Assembly: GCA_963764165.1 (NCBI GenBank)
Contig: CAVXRD010000004.1
Location: 1-64,000 of the forward strand
Length of the DNA stretch: 64,000 nucleotides
Direction of reading: 5' to 3'
DNA from: an uncultured Verrucomicrobiae bacterium
GTDB lineage: Bacteria; Verrucomicrobiota; Verrucomicrobiia; Limisphaerales; Palsa-1400
Position 1 is the first letter of the stretch, and each line of letters opens with the position of its first letter. Both the position numbers and the translations under genes were made by a program. Shown here piece by piece: positions 58,621 to 64,000 of the stretch. The notes beneath the pieces were generated by a model. It worked only from the letters and a program-made list of their open reading frames with translations. It was not told the origin of the DNA and made no database searches.

Positions 58621-59229
58621 TTGTTGAAGGCCAAACGCCCCATCCTGATCCTCAGTGCGGTGATCGTTCTCACCGTGCTCATTTGCTGTGTCACCGCGCT
58701 GCTTCTTTCCGTGGCTGGCGACTCGATGAACCGCACGCTGCCAGATGGAACGGTTTTCAGGGTGGTAAAGATTTCCACGGGGAACGAGCATTCCTACGCG
58801 ATGCCCAAGGCCAAACCGTGGCAAGAGTTTCTGGTTGACCATCTTCCTCCCGCCTTCACGGCAGGGCGCGAATGGTGGGGCGGCGGCCATGGCAGCGTCA
58901 GCATTGGTTCCATCCCGGGAACCCCAACCCTGGCCATATTCACCGTGTGCAATTTTGTGGGGACGAACCGTCCGAGCCAATGCATGATCATGACCGCCAC
59001 CGGCGACGATGGAAATGCTTCCAAGCAGATCGCCAACGGGCCGATAGCTGCCACCGACGGATCCGACCGCGATTGGACGCTCACTTGCTGGCATCTCGAA
59101 ACGGTTCCCACCAACAGCCGGAATTTGGCGCTGAAGTTTTATCCGGCGGCAGCGTTCGTTCATTCCAACGTCGCGCCCGTCGCGGAATACAGCATCAAAA
59201 ATCCTCTTTACAACGGTGGCAAAAAATAA
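58621..59229 (+). CDS. Hypothetical membrane-anchored protein
   Basis: N-terminal TM helix, TLPDGT..H motif; start uncertain. Confidence 0.55.
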   Translation: MLKAKRPILILSAVIVLTVLICCVTALLLSVAGDSMNRTLPDGTVFRVVKISTGNEHSYAMPKAKPWQEFLVDHLPPAFTAGREWWGGGHGSVSIGSIPGTPTLAIFTVCNFVGTNRPSQCMIMTATGDDGNASKQIANGPIAATDGSDRDWTLTCWHLETVPTNSRNLALKFYPAAAFVHSNVAPVAEYSIKNPLYNGGKK

Positions 59230-59802
59230 TCAAAGCTTCCGCAGATTGCTTTGAAGATCCGTCAACTCGATTTTGAACAACTCATGCCCGTCACGGCGCG
59301 GATTGTTGGTATTGCATCGTTCAAAACCGGCGCGGAGCATTAGCTTTTTTCCCGCGGCAGTCGCTTCGATGGCGCAAACATGGCGCACAGAAAGCGGCTC
59401 GCATATGCGGAGCACGATGTCATCGAATTGCGCTAAAATCTGATAGACCGCTGGCCGGGATGCCAGGCCAGTTTGTGTCTTGATAATGATGCTCTCCACG
59501 TAAAGGTCGCGTGGCGAAGTTCGATCAAGCTTTCGCGCGATCCACGCGGCGGGAATTTCGCGCTCCAGAATTTCGCCTTGGAGAAACGGCGTTGCCGCAT
59601 CGGGAAGCAGCGGCAGAATATCCAAGTGCCCGACGCGCTCGCCCGCGGCATTCGCGATCACCGAAAACCCGCAGGGGTTTCTCGAAAACCAACTCATCAG
59701 CACGCACTCCGGGATGGCATCCTTTGGCGAGTAGGTTTCGGCTTCGAGACACGCGATCCATGAGATGTCTTCCTGGGTGGCTTGGACAATTTGATATTTC
59801 AC
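59230..59802 (-). CDS. GNAT-fold-like protein
   Basis: IVQATQEDI, LYVESI, ATAAGKKLMLRAGF. Confidence 0.6.
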   Translation of the reverse strand: MKYQIVQATQEDISWIACLEAETYSPKDAIPECVLMSWFSRNPCGFSVIANAAGERVGHLDILPLLPDAATPFLQGEILEREIPAAWIARKLDRTSPRDLYVESIIIKTQTGLASRPAVYQILAQFDDIVLRICEPLSVRHVCAIEATAAGKKLMLRAGFERCNTNNPRRDGHELFKIELTDLQSNLRKL

Positions 59803-59813
59803 AATCTAAGAAA

Positions 59814-59977
59814 GGCAGAGACGCCTCGCCGAGGCGTCCGATGCCGAGACAATTTTCGAGCACGACCCTCTTTTCAAACGCTCAAAACGGAAAGTCTTTT
59901 CGGCCTTCGCCAATCTCTGGGCGAAATTACACGCCGACAGACCTCCACGTCCCCGGACGCCTCGGCGAGGCGCTACC
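59814..59977. repeat. GTAG-type REPIN (longer spacer)
   Basis: GGCAGAGACGCCTCGCCGAGGCGTCC (59814-59839) and GGACGCCTCGGCGAGGCGCTACC (59955-59977). Confidence 0.8.
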
Positions 59978-60811
59978 TTAAAACGTCTTGGGCAAATGTT
60001 TCATCATTTCCATCGCCCACGGCAGGAACACCATTGAAGTTGCGTCAAAGCAGCCGTGCGCTATGACTGCGGGCCAAATCGAGCGGTGCAAAACCATGAT
60101 AAGTCCAAGTCCCACTCCCAGCACTCCAGCGGCAAATGCCGCGATCGGACCCATCGTCAAATGAGCGGCCCCGAATATAACCGCTCCCACCATCACCGCC
60201 CAAACCTGCCCCATGGTTGACGAAAAATAATGCGGCCACACCTTCCGCATCCCGGCCAAAAAAGCCGAGCGCCACAACTCCTCCCGCAAGCCCGCCACCA
60301 CAAAACAAACCAGCGTGATCGACAGCCAAAAATACGCCGAATGATCATTCAACGCGCTGATATCCACCACTTTGTCAACGCGCGGCTGGTTTTTGTTCAC
60401 GTAATCTCCCAGCGCATCCTTCGAGACCACCCCCGTCAAAATGAGAACGGCAGCAATGATGCCGACGACGATGCCGGTCGCCAGCCGCAAACCGATGGAA
60501 TAAGCAACGCCCAGCGCGATCGGAAGCGGCCCCTTGCGCCAGCGCAAAAGCAAGTCATCGCGGGTTGGCTTGGAAGCGAAGCAAGCCAGTCCCAAGAAAA
60601 GTCCAAACACGCACAATTCAACCACCGACACAATCACAACCCCCAAGGCCTTGTGTGACAGCGCCGGATGATCCGAGTCCCTCCCAAACAAACTCATCAC
60701 CCCAATGCCAACGATGTAAAAAGTTATGAGCGCCAGATGAATTCCCCAACGCTTGCGGTTGACAAGCGGCGTTTCGGCGATGAGCGGCGGAACAGGATCG
60801 ATGGATTCCAT
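59978..60811 (-). CDS. CPBP (CAAX/Abi) intramembrane metalloprotease
   Basis: EELWRS, FGAAH, HGCFD; multiple TM helices. Confidence 0.88.
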   Translation of the reverse strand: MESIDPVPPLIAETPLVNRKRWGIHLALITFYIVGIGVMSLFGRDSDHPALSHKALGVVIVSVVELCVFGLFLGLACFASKPTRDDLLLRWRKGPLPIALGVAYSIGLRLATGIVVGIIAAVLILTGVVSKDALGDYVNKNQPRVDKVVDISALNDHSAYFWLSITLVCFVVAGLREELWRSAFLAGMRKVWPHYFSSTMGQVWAVMVGAVIFGAAHLTMGPIAAFAAGVLGVGLGLIMVLHRSIWPAVIAHGCFDATSMVFLPWAMEMMKHLPKTF

Positions 60812-60869
60812 TAACGCGTCAAGGTGCCCCTGATTTTCCTGTGATGCAAGGCGCGGTTATCCGGCAGCC

Positions 60870-60898
60870 TTGCCATAACGGAATCTCGTGGTTATTTT
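60870..60898 (+). promoter_or_regulatory. Sigma70-like promoter upstream of the tRNA-Arg fragment
   Basis: TTGCCA-17 bp-TATTTT, 19 bp before tRNA nt 1. Confidence 0.55.
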
Positions 60899-60917
60899 CG
60901 CAAGCAGCGACATTTAC

Positions 60918-60957
60918 GCCCCTGTACCTCAAATGGATAGAGGAGCGGTTTCCTAAA
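60918..60957 (+). pseudogene. 5' half of tRNA-Arg(CCT); probable att site
   Basis: GCCCCTG TA CCTC AAATGGATA GAGG A GCGGT TTCCTAA A: acceptor 5' strand, D-arm, anticodon loop; no GTTCGA T-arm follows. Confidence 0.8.
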
Positions 60958-61410
60958 ACGCCTCGCCAAACTCCCAAAAGTGCTTCATTTTACGCAACTT
61001 CCGAATCAACAACTTTTTAGGCAAAATGCTCATTTGGCACCAAATGGCACAGAAACACACCAAATAGCACCCCGCGCGCCATGCGAGCGCCATGCAACCC
61101 CGCAGGCAAGAACCCCGCAACAAATCCAATCAAAAATCCCCCGCCAGTAGCCCTACAGGGCGTCCACCACCACAGGCGAAGGTGACCCTCAAGCCAGAGG
61201 CAGAAAAGTCGCTTAAAACCGCCCCTAGGCACATTCTGAGGGTATTAATCGTGTCCGCGCCCTTTTATTTGCCTCACACCGTTCCAATTTCGGGCCAAAA
61301 TCCTCCATTTGCGATCAAAGAACTTTGAATTACTTGCCTCTAAATCTGGCAAAGAGACGGACAAAAAGCAGATAATTTACACTTTAACCTCGATCCTGAG
61401 ACCGCATAAT

Positions 61411-62334
61411 TCAGCACAATTTCAAATCAGCAATTAATTGCGGTTCTCGTAACGCCAGAAGAATCAAAAGCTTTGTTGCCTCACTCAGGAAATCCGTTAC
61501 AACCTCAGGGCTCCGCAGCATTTTCAGTTTACCTTGAAAGTCAGCCTCATCACCATGAGCAATTTTACTTCTGTACTCATACAACTTACCCCAAACCTTG
61601 TTACAATCACTCGTCAAAAAAAATGAATTGTAATCAAGTGTCCGCTGAAAACGCCTTGAGAGCAGGTTCATTTTTGTCTTTATCTGGTGGGTTAAAGAAT
61701 CCATTGGCTCCGTCAACTCAGGAGCATGGGTAATCAAAGATTCCAAAACAGAGAAAAGTCCAATAACCTTGAACTGCGAGGATTCAGGCAACTCGCTGAG
61801 ATTAAAAAACCGCTCCGCACATGCACACGCCTTAGGCGAAATATCCCTTGCACCCACAAGTAGTGCATGGTTTTCTCTCCATTCCTTTAACTCCGACTCG
61901 CCAATTTTAGGAACCGTCTTTCTAAACAGCAAACCAGGATGAAAAACGTTCGCCATTACGCCTTGATGCCATTCAATTCTTTCTCCTCGCGGTGCGGCTA
62001 TTAAGGTCAAACCCAGCAACAATTCGTCTTTCAGCAATGCAGCGGCATGCTTAAACAGATGGGTGTCAAGAAGTTCCTTCGACTCAATTATCCAATACCG
62101 CCAACGTTCTTGCGGAAGATCAATAATTTGATACTTTCGGTTATCCGTAAGACAATACTCACTCTCGTAAGCGGACTTACAACGCCCCAAATTATCAAAC
62201 AGAGCGAGGCTTTGCTTCAACCGTCCCAACATCGTGGCATCGGCCCTTTTTAGCACATACCCAGGAATTATCTCAACGGGTAAACTTACCTCTATGTCAA
62301 CACGGTTAATAATAAAATGAGTGCGCACTTCCAT
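61411..62334 (-). CDS. ApeA-like HEPN domain protein
   Basis: LFSVLESLI helix and LYEYRSKIAHG (RxxxxH). Confidence 0.8.
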   Translation of the reverse strand: MEVRTHFIINRVDIEVSLPVEIIPGYVLKRADATMLGRLKQSLALFDNLGRCKSAYESEYCLTDNRKYQIIDLPQERWRYWIIESKELLDTHLFKHAAALLKDELLLGLTLIAAPRGERIEWHQGVMANVFHPGLLFRKTVPKIGESELKEWRENHALLVGARDISPKACACAERFFNLSELPESSQFKVIGLFSVLESLITHAPELTEPMDSLTHQIKTKMNLLSRRFQRTLDYNSFFLTSDCNKVWGKLYEYRSKIAHGDEADFQGKLKMLRSPEVVTDFLSEATKLLILLALREPQLIADLKLC

Positions 62335-62795
62335 AATTTAATCTTGGGATACTCAACACAAACCAAAAAGAAATCAATCAATTAATTGATTTGCTCGATC
62401 CCAAAAACCGCACAACACAAAACCCAAAGGGCGCCAAAAGCATTTTCATTAATAAATTTTGTTCCACCCATTCCTAGTTCCGTAGCTTCTCGCAAAACTT
62501 TTAGCACAGAAAAATGCGACGGCATCGAGATGCTAAACACAATTTAATACTAATCCAAAACCCTGTCACATATTTGATCGCGACTCGCCACCCAAAACTT
62601 TCTGATTAATAAATTTTGTTCCTCACCCTCTTTAGCATCAGCGAAAATAATTTAATTAGCTTTCTTAACCGTAGAACTTTTCTTATCAATATAGCTTGTA
62701 ACTTTATTAAACAAGTGCTATCACCTTACTGAGGCTGCGACCAAGCAGCGCATACGAACTAACAAGAATACAATTAATCAAATGAAATGAATTAA

Positions 62796-63044
62796 ATGAA
62801 TCAGGGAAGCGCAGTAAACAATGTTCAGTTGAGTGATTGGACAGACCGCAACGGACTTGCGGCTCACTTAAAAGTCAGCACGAGACACATTCAGAATCAA
62901 CAGCGACGCCGTATTATTCCGTACTATAAACAGGGCCGTTGCGTACGATTCAGAATATCCGAGGTTGAGGCTGCACTAAAGCGATGCGAAGTAAAAAGCA
63001 TCGGGCAATGTTCGTCTGAAATCAAAAAAGGAGTAGAGGAATGA
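62796..63044 (+). CDS. Excisionase-like HTH protein
   Basis: LAAHLKVSTRHI..RRIIPYYKQGRCVRFRISEVEAAL. Confidence 0.8.
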   Translation: MNQGSAVNNVQLSDWTDRNGLAAHLKVSTRHIQNQQRRRIIPYYKQGRCVRFRISEVEAALKRCEVKSIGQCSSEIKKGVEE

Positions 63045-63514
63045 CTTCGCAAAAAAGGCTATTTCATTATACAAGGGCGAATAACTTGAAACATATCCTT
63101 CAAGATCGCTCCATTAAAACAACAAACACCCTTATCGGAAAAAACGAAGTGCCGACGGTATGGTTTTCCTACCGACAGGACTGGGAACCAACCGCAACAC
63201 CAAGATTGAGTGGAGCGCCACTTGGACATTGGATGTCATTCAATGAATTCGCAAAGATTGAAACTCCAGTACCAATTGAAGTCAATCCGTCCTATGCACC
63301 AATGAAATGGCCTGTTTGGAGGAAGCTCTCTGGTGTAAAGGCCAAAACTGCTCGTGACCTTGAAAGCAGTGCTATAAGGATGAAAGCCAATGTTGCGGAC
63401 TGGCGAATGAGTTTTAAACCAGTGACTTGTGAATCAGGTGCTTGGCGTGCGATTGAGTTGTTTGTAGGAGAACATTGGCAGGATATAAGAGCGTTGTTTC
63501 CCAAGCCATTGTGA
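63041..63514 (+). CDS. Hypothetical protein, possible ADP-ribosyltransferase fold
   Basis: RLFHYT..L..IL...I and VWFS motifs; coupled to xis (ATGA overlap). Confidence 0.5.
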   Translation: MTSQKRLFHYTRANNLKHILQDRSIKTTNTLIGKNEVPTVWFSYRQDWEPTATPRLSGAPLGHWMSFNEFAKIETPVPIEVNPSYAPMKWPVWRKLSGVKAKTARDLESSAIRMKANVADWRMSFKPVTCESGAWRAIELFVGEHWQDIRALFPKPL

Positions 63515-63543
63515 AAAGGCGGGGCGAACCTCGCGCAATTCTT

Positions 63544-64000
63544 ATGGACACTCAAGACGCACAGCCAATGGAAAACAAAACAAGATTCTTTTATGTTCCT
63601 GGCAATTTAAACCTTACGGAAATGTTACATGCAGTCGGCGACTATAATTTAGCAAAGCCTTTGCACCTAGACAAATTTTATTATGTAATTGATTCACTGT
63701 ACATCCGCAATGTGATCCGTCATAATGAACTAACAGAATATCTCGGATTGCATTCCAGAATCCTATTAAAAATACTTACGTCTAGGTTGAGTGGCAAAAT
63801 TAAATACTTATTAGTTCAAATTGGCATCCTAGAGCAAAATCCAAAATATAGCTATCGCGCTGGCTATTCGGCAAAGCAGTACAGATTCACAAAGGAATTC
63901 AGGGACGGACCATTTAAACGCATCCAAGCGACCGACTTAAAATTAGTTGCGCGCATCCGCAAGGCTCACGACTTGTGCTGCGCCAAGTTGGTCGGCGCAA
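63544..64000 (+). CDS. Hypothetical protein, 3'-truncated by window (possible replication protein)
   Basis: Frame open from ATG 63544 to window end (checked by hand); contains YRAGYSAKQYRF. Confidence 0.55.
   Translation, partial: MDTQDAQPMENKTRFFYVPGNLNLTEMLHAVGDYNLAKPLHLDKFYYVIDSLYIRNVIRHNELTEYLGLHSRILLKILTSRLSGKIKYLLVQIGILEQNPKYSYRAGYSAKQYRFTKEFRDGPFKRIQATDLKLVARIRKAHDLCCAKLVGA

Larger units (their letters stand above)
60918..64000. mobile_element. Left part of an AT-rich genomic island (extends beyond window)
   Basis: Starts at tRNA fragment; TGGCAC repeats at 61035 and 61045; abrupt GC drop; xis-like HTH and HEPN genes. Confidence 0.75.

Noticed and set aside
60918..60995. Complete tRNA-Arg gene
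   Set aside because: No T-loop consensus and no sequence pairing with the acceptor 5' strand

Overview
This is a GC-rich bacterial chromosome segment. The gene repertoire (UBact-proteasome operon, H-X9-DG prepilin-like proteins, ECF sigma factor with a long C-terminal extension, sulfatase, hopanoid genes) suggests Verrucomicrobiota, probably Pedosphaera-like; this is an inference. Housekeeping genes include miaA, lgt, uxaC, mtnP, metG, tRNA-Phe, mqnD, sixA, pstB and a PhoB/PhoR-like pair. Between them lies a layered mobilome. (1) A complete ~8.3 kb integrative element (26830-35146) encodes a tyrosine integrase, an excisionase, an HUH rolling-circle Rep and a vWA/PP2C/kinase (TerY-P-like) plus DUF4236 cargo operon. 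It sits in tRNA-Phe in a reversed geometry: the 5' half of the tRNA is duplicated, so the intact tRNA is cut off from its native upstream region. (2) The left edge of a second, AT-rich island starts after an orphan 5' half of tRNA-Arg(CCT), the same geometry. (3) Several REP/REPIN families are present. An IS1182 and a 140-bp MITE with the same ends have inserted at the identical base of one family, and an IS4 has inserted into the repeat associated with a RAYT-like Y1 transposase. (4) An ISKra4-like element has no target duplication. (5) Two families of helically phased short-repeat arrays are unexplained. Both toxin-antitoxin modules have an intact antitoxin and a broken toxin. All protein assignments come from motif recognition by eye; no database searches were run.
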